NCBI GenBank assembly: GCA_004431415.1
Contig: QPMI01000496.1
Span: forward strand, 558,001 to 622,000
Reading direction: 5' to 3'
DNA from: Cyanophora paradoxa CCMP329
Taxonomy: Eukaryota; Plantae; Glaucophyta
DNA: 64,000 nucleotides
The number at the start of each line of letters is the position of its first letter. The first letter of the stretch is position 1. This document shows positions 24,175 through 34,900 of the stretch, piece after piece. Both the position numbers and the translations under genes were made by a program. The notes under the pieces were generated by a model. That model saw only the letters and a program-made list of their open reading frames with translations. It made no database searches and had not been told where the DNA came from.

Positions 24175-25293
24175 CTAGAAATCGCCGTCGGAGTCGGGAT
24201 CGGAATCGCGATCGTAGTAATCGGAGTCGCGCTGGCGCTTGAGACTCTCGCGAAGGATAGAGATACTTCTTGCAAGGATTCTTCTTTTTTCTTCTTCATC
24301 TTCATGAATCCCTGTGCGCGCGTGCGGGGCTGCGTGAGGGGTCGCGAGCGGCGACTCGAGCTCGCTTAGCTTCAAGTCTAGTCGACCGCGGCCGCGGCGG
24401 GGGCGGTCGGGCGCCCGGCCGGTCACAGATGCGCGCACCAGAGGACGCCGTCGACGTCGCCGTGGGCGCAGACGGCGTCGACACCGGCGCCGGCGGGCCC
24501 GCGGGCCCGGCGCCGGCCGCCGGCTGCACCTGCACATGCGGCGGGCGGTGATCGTGCACGTGAGTTCAAGGCGGCGCAGGCGCGGGCCATGCCAGCTCGC
24601 TCACCGCGGCATCGGCGCGAGCGTAGAGGCATCTGTAGACGTCGAAGGAGTCGCGCAGCTCCGGCATGTCCGTGAAAGGGTTGCCCTGCCAACTCAAGTC
24701 CTTCATGGGTGGCAGGCGCCTCAGTTCCAGAGGCAGCGCCCGAAGATGGTTTTTGCAGACAAACAGATACTGCAAGCGCCTGAGGCGCCCGATCTCCGCT
24801 GGTAGTGCCGTCAGCTGGTTTTGCGACACCCCCAGCTCCTTCAGAGCCGTGAGGAGCCCGATCTCCGCTGGTAGTGCCGTCAGCCGGTTTCGCGATACCG
24901 CCAGCTTCTTCAGAGCCGTGAGGCGCCCGATCTCCGGCGGCAGCTCCGTAAGGTGGTTGGAAAAGATTTCAAGCTGTCGCAGAGACGAAAGATGCTCGAT
25001 CTCCGGCGGCAGCGCTGTCAGCTGGTTGTAAGACACGTCTAGCTCCTTCAAAGCCGTGAGGCGCCCGATCTCCGGCGGCAGCGGCCCCGTAAGCTGGTTG
25101 CTCCGCATCCTCAGCGTCTCCAAGCTCTTCAGCTTTGCGAGCTCTGCCACCGGGATGCTTGTGAGGTTGTTCCCGTTGAGATCTATATAGCTAGCAAACA
25201 GATGTTCTCAGGGCCAGCCTTCTGGATCTCCGCCACTGGCCACTCCACCCGCCCTTCAAGCGACAAATCCAACTTCACCTTTTCCGAATTCAT
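24175..25293 (-). pseudogene. LRR protein (about seven 23-aa repeats, acidic tail) with a frameshift near the 5' end; paralogue of the LRR-TIR N-terminus
   Basis: Repeats LPPEIGRLTALKELxVSxNQLTA at 24690-25150. The upstream frame MNSEKVKLD...WPVAEIQKAGPENICLL stops at TAG, but removing 8 nt (25184-25191) restores ICLL-DLNGNNL. No phase-compatible splice donor was found. Confidence 0.7.
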
Positions 25294-25711
25294 GCATACG
25301 GCCTGCGGATGCATATGCGGATTGCGGGTATCAACATTGGCGACGGCGCGCGCGCCGCAGGCCGGTGCAGAAGCGCCGCGCACCGTGGCACTGCAGACGC
25401 CCTAGGGCCTCAATTACACTCCGGCGACGTCAACGCACGCATACGTGACACTACTACGTGTTTGCGTTGGTGGAGCTGCTGCTCGGCTGTAGATTACCGT
25501 GACGGCCTGGGAATCCAAGATCGGTTAACGGACGTCGTTGGTCCGCGTTAGGGGCCGACCAGCTCGAGGGAGCGTTCAAATTCACGCCACGTGCACAGCA
25601 GATCGCCGGGTACAGCCGCAAAGAGTCCATCGGCTCCGCACCCGAGCTCCGGCCCCTTGATCGTCCGACAGAAGCCGATCGGACAGAACAATCTAGCGCC
25701 ACCGCGTGACC

Positions 25712-28700
25712 ATGGCGAGCCTCTCGAGGCCCGAGTCGCCTTCGGGCGAGCAACAGTACCAGCGGTACATGGACGCGGCGAGCGACGCGGACGAGGACCT
25801 CGAGTTCCTCGAGATGCAGCTCGCCGTTCTGAACCCGTCCAGCCCGGACGCCGTCCCCCAGCTGCACGGTGCGAGAATTTCGAAGCTCTAGCCGCCGAGC
25901 CTCTTCTCTTCCTCCCGCCGAGGCGATCGGCCGCGTGCGCGGCGAGAGAAGGCCGGCAATATGCTGCTCTAGCCTGCTGTAGCTCGGCGGCGCTCGCTGA
26001 GGGCCCGCGCCGGGGGCCCAGTCGACGTCACGGCGCTGACGCCGCGGCAGACAACCGCGGGAAGCCGGTCATGGGCCTCCGCAAGTACGAGAGCGTCGAC
26101 GAGGCCATCGAACGCGTGAAGAAGGCGCGGCGGGCCGCGGTGGAAGGCGGCCCGCTGATCCCTCGGCTGACTTGGAAAGCGCGCGCGCCCGCAGATCTAC
26201 CAGGAGAGCGTCGCCAACGTGCGCGAGGCCTTCGCTGCGCTGTGTAAGGGCGGCTCGTCCGCAAGCGGCCCCGGTGCTCGCCCCAGGATGCCCGCAGCCC
26301 CTCCGGTCCGGTCCACCGGCGCTGATCGTGAGGGCGGCGCCGCCGGGCCGGCCGGGCCGGCGCGCAGCGCGCCTGAAGCGGGAGACAGCGACTCCCTCGC
26401 CCTCGCCCGACGCGCGGGCTGCGGACGCGGCCACCGTCCTCTGCGCCCCCGAGTCCAGGCGAGGCCCCGCCCCCTCCCCCCCGACCCGGCCGGCGGCCGC
26501 GAGCTCACCGGCGCGCCCCGCGCAGCAAGGCGAAGTGGTTCTCTAAGTACCAGCAGGTGCGCCTGACGGTCCCTTGGCCGAGCCAAGCAGCTCAGAACTC
26601 AGCACTGAGCCGAAGCCCCGGCTCCTCGCGGCCGCCCTCGCGTCGCGATAAATACTGACGCCCGTTCCCCCCCCCCCTCCCCCCTCCCCCCCTCCCCCCC
26701 CTCCCCCCCCCCAGGGCGGCGGCATCCGGGTAGAGCCCTCCGCACGCTCCATCCGCGCCGCCTGCTACCCGGTGCGGGCCCTCTCGTCGCCTCGGGGGTA
26801 CACGATTCAGGACCGGCGCCGCGCCGACCAACCGCCTCTTTTCTTTCGCCGCAGTACATCGGAGTGATCATCGACCATCGGTCCCTGAACGTCGACGTCG
26901 ACTCCCGGTATCCCTGGGGCATCGCCTTCGAGGCCGGCGTGTGCGCCCGTTAGTAACTGCCGGCGGTTACTGCTGCAACCGCCGGCCGCTGGACTCACCA
27001 CGCGGCAGTTACGGGACGACCGTAACGCGGCCGGACGTGTTCGAGGAGTACTTTCGAGAGAATCTTCGCCGCATCGTCATTCATGTGCGCGCGGGGGTAC
27101 GGGGCGCCCGTCGTCTACCCCCCCCGTAAGAAATTCTCGCAGCACCGCGTACCCATCTACGTCGGACTGTCTTCCTCCCGCATTCCTCTACCCTTCGTCG
27201 TGCGCGGAGGGTACGCCGGGCCAGCCGAGCGGGGGTGCTCACGGGGGGCGAGGCAGATCGACCGCTTCCAGGGGTCCGTACCCCCCGAAAGCAAGTGGCA
27301 GGTGGGCAGCGCTCGCGTCTCGAAGCAGCCGCTCGTGTCCCCCAGTTCACCCCCCCTCCCCCAGCTGGACATCGAGTTTGCTTCTGCGGACCTCTCAAAG
27401 ATCAACGTACGCCGCCGCCCCTCCCTCCTTCCCCACGTACCCCCTCCGACCCCGCACGCTCGCGGGGCAGGACGACATCGTAAACGGGTGCGCCGAAGGC
27501 GCCGTTGCCCTCCTCGGGCGCTGAGCCCCACTGCAGGAGGTGGGCCGGGGGCCGGCACATCCCGCGCCCCCTCGCCCTCTTCACGGTAACCCTGCCTCCC
27601 TCGCCCCTCCCCGTCTCCCCTTCCCCTCCGATTCTGACATGTACCCCCTCCTCCTCCAGGCCGAGCGCGTGGATTTCTCGCTTGATCGCCTGTACCACTA
27701 CACGGGCTGCAACCCCTGCCACTTCCAGAGGCGCCCGGATCGAATTTGGCCCATATCAGACCAGGCCGTCGCGATCCTCCGCTCACTGGTACCCCCCGCA
27801 GGTTCATTCTTCTTACGAACTACACACGGTACATGGACGCCTTCGCCAAGTGCGGCGTACCCCTCTCCGGGTCGCGTATACGTACCCCCCTTTCAAGCCT
27901 TATTCTGCTACCCCGCAGGTGGGCCCTCGAGCGCATGGCCGAGGACGAGAACTGGACCGAGTTCGTCGAGCCCGGTTCGTCGTACTCCCCTTTCCGTTCA
28001 AACGCCTGCATACCCGTTTAATAGTGTACCCAGGCGACTACGTGGTGCCGAACCCCCGGAGCGAGGCCACTCCCACCGGTACCCGCGTGACCTCGCCACC
28101 CCAGGTTCGATCCGCCGCGAGAGCGCTTTCTTACATTGCCGTACCCCTTCTGATGTCTTCCCCCCGGTCAGATGCCGACGTACCACCTGAAGCGCGCCGA
28201 CGGAACCGGGATCACCTTCATGAACATCGGGGTACCCCCCCCTCCGCGACTTTGAACAGTTTATATCTCTGCGTCCGGTGACCCCCTTCGTGACCCGATC
28301 CTGTACCCAGGTCGGCCCGAGCAACGCGAAGACCGCCACGGACCACCTCGCGGTCCTCAGGCCCCACTGCTGGATTATGGTACCCCTCCACCTTCCTCTC
28401 TTATTTGGGCGGGCCTTCACTTACCCTTTTCCTGTCGCAGGTCGGCCACTGTGCGGGCCTCCGCCGCACGCAGGTAGCACTGCCCACGCCCCCCGCCCCG
28501 CTTCACTGTACCCCTCTCGAAGCCGACGCCGTATCCTGTACTCCCAGATGCTCGGCGACTACGTCCTGGCCCACGCTTACCTCCGGTGCGTGATCAGCCG
28601 TACCCCCTTGGCCTCCCCCGTCCCTTTCGAAACCGTACCCCTCCTCAGGGAAGATCACGTCATGAACCGCGACCTTCCGCAGTACATCCCGGTCCCCCCG

Positions 28701-29598
28701 AGTGCGACACGCGCGTACCCCCGAACGCTTCGATTTGAAACTGAATCGGGAACAGTCTCTGAGATCCAGACCGCGCTGGAGACCGCGATCGAGCGCATCA
28801 CGGGCCAGTCCGGGCCCAAGGTGCCCTCGCAGCCCCTTCGCTGTACCCAGCGCCCCCCGGGCTGGGCGCACGATTTGATGCGGGGCCTCAGTTCAAGGCG
28901 CGCGTGCGGACGGGTACCGTCGCCACGACCGACGACCGCGATTGGGAGCTGCGCCAGGTTCGGAAATGGGTTCCGATCCCGCCGTACCCTGCTAGCGCTG
29001 TTCGAGTCACGACGCCCTACCCCGCTTTCCGCAGGAGGACATCAATTCCAGATACAAGCAGTCCCGCGCGATCGCTGTCGACATGGAATCCGCCACGGTG
29101 CCGTACCCCCCTCCCTCCAATCACCCTGTACCCCCTTCCGACCGGTCCGGCTCAGATTGCCGCCAACGGCTTCCGCTTCCGCGTGCCCTACGGTATGCGC
29201 ACCCGCACTCTTCCCCCCCTCCGCCACCCTCCCCCCCCTCCCACCCCCCCATTCACGCCCCGATCCTCGCCCCAGGGACGCTGCTCTGTGTCTCGGACAA
29301 GCCCTTGCACGGTGCGGGGCGCACCCCCTCCTCTTCGTTCCTCCCCTCACGCGGCCCCAGGGGAGCTCAAGCTGCGCGGCATGGCGAACAATTTCTACGC
29401 CGAGCGGGTCCAGCAGGTACCCCCCCTCCATCCACTCCCCCTCCCCGGCCCAGGCTAACCCGGGGGCGATGCGGGGGGCCCGGGCGCGGGCAGCACCTGC
29501 TGTGCTGCCTGGAGGCGACGGCCGTGCTGCGGGAGCGCGGGTGGGACGCCCTCCACTCCCGCAAGATCCGCGGCTTCGACGAACCTCCTCTCCGCTGA
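25712..29598 (+). CDS. amn: AMP nucleosidase (bacterial long form), interrupted by roughly 20 spliceosomal introns
   Basis: Spliced peptide contains EAIERVKK|IYQES, YGTTVTRPDVFEEY, PLALFT|AERVDFSLDRLYHYTG, FQR|FILLTNY, Q|MPTYHL, GITFMNIG|VGPSNAKTATDHLAVLRPHCWIM|VGHCAGLRRTQ|MLGDYVLAHAYLR|EDHV, RTGTVATTDDRDWELR, SRAIAVDMESAT|IAANGFRFRVPY|GTLLCVSDKPLH|GELKL, LHSRKIRGFDEPPLR-stop. These match the known Amn motifs. Confidence 0.95.
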
Positions 29599-30388
29599 TC
29601 ATGAGCCCCGCCCGGGGCCGGTGCCCGCGGCGCCGGCCAGTCGCCCGCGCACGCCGCGTTTCCGAGTTGTGCGTATACAGAGATTATGCGATTGCGAGAG
29701 TCGTTGAGTGTTGTTTGATTTTGCTTACAACTGCTACGGATCGTACTGGTCTGGTGGTGGCGGGGCCTCGACCCCGCGGTCGATCGGGGATCCGAGCAGG
29801 GATCTGAGGCGTGGCTCTGTGCTCTCTAGTAGCGGCGGGGGGCGAGGAGCCAGGCGGAGAGGGCGGCGGCGAGGACGAGGAGGAGGGATGGGCGGGCGAG
29901 GAGGGCGGCCGAGGTGCACGTCGTGCTCGTGTACACGGTGCCCTCCTGCGGGCGATCGCGACCGAGAGCTTCAGGATTCGATGGAGGTGAATTAAAAGGC
30001 AGCGAGAGTGAAGTTGGCCGCGCCCGGCGGCCCCGAGCACCTTCTCGCAGCTGGTGGTGGGAACAAGGGTCTGGAGCGCGGTCCCGCCGCAGTTGTTGCC
30101 GGTGTAAATGGCGATTGAGGGCCGGCCTGTGACGCGATCGCCCCAATCATGAGATAATTAGAATATTAATTCGGCATGCGCATCAATATCGTTCATATTC
30201 AATTGCAAGTGTGAATGTTAATGTGCACACCGCTGGGGCGAGACTGCTTGATGCTCAGCTGTTAAACACGAACGCGCGCGTGCGTGTTCTGATCAGAATT
30301 CGAATTCGAAGCGGATCCAATCTTCGGAAGGCCCTGAGGCAGCGCGGCCGGAAGCACGAACCGCGACGCCCAGGCCGTTCAGGGCCGT

Positions 30389-31105
30389 CTAGATCTGGAG
30401 GTCGGTCTTGATCTTGGTGATGGCGGACTCCGGGAGTCCGTCGAGGCGAACATGTACAGGCCCAGCCACTCCGTCGGGGAGTAGCACTGCGCATTCAAAT
30501 GCACACATTAAACCGTCAGGTTTCAAAGAGTACGTATTTTTTGGATTGTGCAGGACGCTGATGCGGAGTTCTAGTCATCGCAGATCTCGACTCGAGCTCG
30601 GCCGCGGCGACCGTACGCGTCGGACACGCACCTTCGAGTCGTCAAAGGACAGCATGCGCCCGGACTCCGGGAGAAGATCTAGAAGCCTGTGCATCGCGAT
30701 ATCAGTGCGGCCGCGGGCGAAAGCGTTTATTTGTTTAATTAAGGCTCGAGCCCATCGCATGGCCATGGCCATGGGGAGCTCCGGGGTCGTATACGTCGTA
30801 TACTGGGGGCACTGGCATGGCACGGCGCCGGCCGCGGGGCCCGCGGGGATCGGAGGCGCACCAGAAGTGGCCGGGGTGGCGCATTGGCTGTCAGTGTACG
30901 GACCTGCGCTTGGCGCAGGCCGGCCGGCGTAACGTCAACGTTCGTTCAGGCTGACTGCACTGCGGCAGGCAGGATCCGGACTACGCGCGCGCGGGGGTGC
31001 ACCCTTGTACTACGGTAATCGACGCGGTAGGTCGCGGCGAGGGCGGGGACGGCCAGTGTCGGCCACGCCGAGGAGCGCGAGGAGGGCGAGCGCCTTCGCT
31101 GCCAT
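30389..31105 (-). pseudogene. Possible degraded small secreted-protein gene
   Basis: Signal-peptide-like MAAKALALLALLGVA at 31105. Exon-like pieces MLSFDDSK|CYSPTEWLGLYMF have canonical splice sites, and LDGLPESAITKIKTDLQI-stop follows after a 1-nt shift. No family recognised. Confidence 0.25.
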
Positions 31106-31967
31106 CTCGATTCGATTCGATTTCAATTTCAAGGATCCCGCTGCTACTTCGCTGCTACTTCGAATTCGAGGGCCGAGGCTCAGCTGCTGCAAGAGCTAGC
31201 CGCTGAGCGCGCACATGCAGCTGCCACGTGGCTTTCCCAGCGGCTGCTGCTGCTTTAAAAAGCTCAGTGCTCGGCCGCGCGCGGGCGACTCGGGGGCCGG
31301 GGCCTTTGATCAACTTGAGCGGGTAATGATGCCTCCGAGAGTCGAACTCGGTTTCGATGCCCTTTCGAAGCCGGCTCCTCGCCGAGCTCGAGTCCGATCC
31401 TCGGCAGTTTTTGCGTGTGTTCACGATATCTTTGGAATCTTTGAATCTTTATTTTTGTGGACCTTTTTTCCCGGTTATCAGCACACGGGTACAGCGTATA
31501 CTGGGACGTACGGCTCCGGCGCCGCGCCCGAGTCGGAGGAGCTAGCTACGTATACCCGGTGGAGCAAGAAGGCCCGCATGCGCAATTGCAAGCCGGCGAA
31601 AGGCCCGCCGCCGGGCCGCCGGCCGCGGCGATGCGGATTATTTTGCAGCGGATCGGACTCCCGCCGTCCAGTCTCCCGGGCCCCGGCCCGGCCCGGGATA
31701 TCGATGCGCAGCGGTGCGATCCGCTGCGATCCCAGCTGCAGTACTAGTACTAGTTCGATCGAAATCTAGCTAGCGAGTCCGCTGCAACTCGCGCCGCCTG
31801 CACGGTCACCGGCCGATGCACCAGGCTGCACGCGTACGGCTTGAGCTTACTACGTTACTAAGTTAGCTTAAAGCTTGCGGAGCAGCCCGCGCCCTCACCG
31901 CCTGCAGGCTTCTTTGCCGACTTCCGCTCGAGCTCGGGCCAGGCCGGCCTGCAGCTGGTCTGCGATC

Positions 31968-34900
31968 ATGTCGGCTAATGGGAATCCGGCTGCGCACCCG
32001 CCAGCCGCAGCCTCAGCTCCACCCGCTGCAGCTGGCCGGCCGCGCCTGCAAATGCAGATGACATCAGCGGTGTGGAACGCGGCCGTGGCGCCAGAGGCGG
32101 CGGCGGACGGCGCGGCGGCGCCCCCGCTGCTGGCGGATGACGTGCAGGTCGACGTGCTGCGGGTGCGAGCCGGCCCGCCGCGCCCGACGCGCCGATTGCG
32201 ATGCGCGAGTTCGAACGCGTACGTAACGGGCCGGGGCGCGCGTGTCTGCGCAGGGCGAGTCGAAGGTCCCGTCGGCGGCGCCGAAGTTTGCTTTCAGCTC
32301 AACAGCCGCAGCGAGTGCCGTTCAGTTCCACGGGCCCGCCCCCTCAGTGCGCGCTTCCTCGCAGTTGCAAACCATGTGCGCTCTTTTGAATTTGAAGTCT
32401 GACAAGTGTGCGGCCTGCAGACCGGCGCCGGCCCTTCGAAACCGGGGAAGAAGCGGGTGCGAGACTACTCCGCGGCGCCGCTTCCCGACCCGCGGCCGGA
32501 GGCCTCCATCCGCTACTACGACGCGTGCGCCCGAGCCCGAGCCCGATCGCGACTTTTCGGCATTGACGCTCTCTGTTTCGCTCGTGCAGAGCCCTGAGCT
32601 TTGCGCGGGGTGTTTGCGTCGCCGCGGCCTCGTCCCTCGCGACGGCCCTCGAGCGGCACGGGTTAAAGGTACCCTGCCCCCGGCCTTCCCCCCCCTCCCC
32701 GACCACCCCCCCCCCTTACCCCCCTTCCCCCCTTCCCTCCCTCCCCCTCCTCCCTCCCCCGCCTTCCCGCCCCCTCCTCCCTCCTTCCCCCCCCCCCCCC
32801 CCCCCACCCCCCATCTCCCACCCCTGTCTCACCCTCTCGGCCTCCATGATCATGTGCACTCGCGTGCAGTGCTGGTACGATGACGACGTCGCGGAAATGA
32901 ACGGCGAGATCAAGAACCTCGCGAGGCGCGCCGCTTCGATTCTATATCTAAGCAGCTGCGGCTGCGTCTCGAGCCGATTTTCGCCGCAGGCGCAAGGAGA
33001 TCGCGGCGGCGATCGAGGGCTGCGAGTGCCTTGTCGTCATTGCCACGCCGGGTACCCCTTCGCCCCCCAGTCCCGGCCCCCTCCCCCCCCCTGCCCCCCT
33101 CCACCTCACACACGTGCACGCACAATCCCAGCCCCCCGGGCTTCCCCCCCCCCCCCCCCCCCGCTTTCCACCCCTCTCCCTCCCCTTACGCCCGGCCCTT
33201 CCCCCCCCCCCCCCACGCCCCCCCCCTCTCCCCCCCTTCTCCCCACCCAGCCCTAGCCTCATGATCAACCCCAGCCCTACCTCGCCTCTCCCACTCCCCG
33301 CCCCCGTATCCCCAAACCCCTTGCTTGCTCTGCCGGGGCAGCTGATTCAGCTGATGCCACTTGTTTCGTGTCCGTACATGTACAGAGTGGTTCCACTCGC
33401 CGTGCGCCTCTATATATTCGAAATAGGACGCCGTTTGAGCTCTGGGGCTGAGCTCGCGACGGCGCCGCAGGGCGTGCCTGACGGAGCTGGAGCACGCCGC
33501 GTGGCTCGGCAAGCGCCTGCTCTCCTTCTCGCCGGGCGGCCAGACCCTCCACGCCCTCGGCGCCTCTATCTCCGCAGCATCCACGGTGAGCTGCAGCTCT
33601 GGCTTTCCCCGGACCGCAAACGCTTCTTAGCCAACGACTCGGCGACTAAATATTCGAGTTCGGCAGGCGGACCCCGCGCGCGTTGCCTCCGCTGTCAGCG
33701 TCCTTAGCCGTGTCGACGAAATCCATGCACAGGACCAGAAAGGTGATTATCTTCTCTTGAGTTCAGAATCACTACAGTCTACAGTCTACAGCTAGATCAT
33801 CGGATCGAAATATGATCTCGCAAGCAGGAGCCGGGTACGCGAAGGCTGTTCAGGACCTCGCCACCAAGATTCGGGTACCCCGTCTCACGCGCCGACGTCC
33901 CCCTCCCCCTGAGGCCTCACGCCGGGGCCTCCGCGCGCAGCCCCAGGGCACGTCCGTCGTGGAGCCTGGTCCGCAATCCTTCGGACCCGCCCTGGCGCTT
34001 AAGCTTCCCCTTAGCGTTCGAACCCTGCCCGGCCCCGCCCGCTTTGCAGACGCGCAGACGCCGATCAAGGCGCTCGACGTGATGGTCTCGTACAGGTGCG
34101 GGGACGGGCAGGGCCGGCGCAGCCCCCGCCGGCCGCCTATTACGCTGAATATTCTAACAAACACGATTTGCGCTCCCCGCGTGCGCAGACGGGTGCAGAC
34201 GGCGGAGATGGAGGTGGTCACAAGGATCCTGAAGGACCGTGGCCTCACGGTGCGTATACGTCTGCCCACGAGCTCCGGATTCTTTTGGCCTGCTCGACGC
34301 TTAGAGTATTTGGCCGCAGTACTGGGTCGACGTGTCGACGGAGAACGGCATTCTGAAGGGCGTTCAGTGGTGCGCCCCGGCCCAGCCGAAATTTCCCACT
34401 ACTTCGTTGTTTGTCGATTTCACTCAGCCCTGCTGCGTTCGCAGGGGCAAGGCCATAGCAGCCGGTAACTTTTAATAGCATACTCCAATGATTTATTTAA
34501 ATAGAGCAAGTCTCCCGTCGCAACTATTGCTTGCCCCGACACGCGCCCCCCGCGCGCAGCGATCAAGGGTGCTTCAACGATGGTGGTCCTGCTGACACCG
34601 GGTAAAACGAGCCAGCTTCTAGATTATGTTATTCGACTCTTATTAGAGCCCGCTTGCTCCTGCAGACTGGATCCAATCGCAGTACTGGTCAGTACCATGA
34701 GCCGCGGGCTGCTTCGATTAATTCCTCATCAATATATAATCGCGCCACAGCCGCTCTAGCTTGACCTCTGACTCCGCGCAGCATCGACGAGTTCGAGTAC
34801 GCGTGCGCGCAGCACAAGCGCGTGGTCGTCGTCGAGCTGGCGCCCGTCCCGCCCCTCGCCGACGATCTCGACGACGACGCCACCGAGTCCCAGCGCGGCT

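Noticed and set aside
25712-29598. Bacterial contamination as the source of amn
   Set aside because: The gene has many spliceosomal introns in the same style as its neighbours.
29734-30146. Acidic/Gly-rich ORF fragments downstream of amn
   Set aside because: No start, splice model or homology is recognisable.
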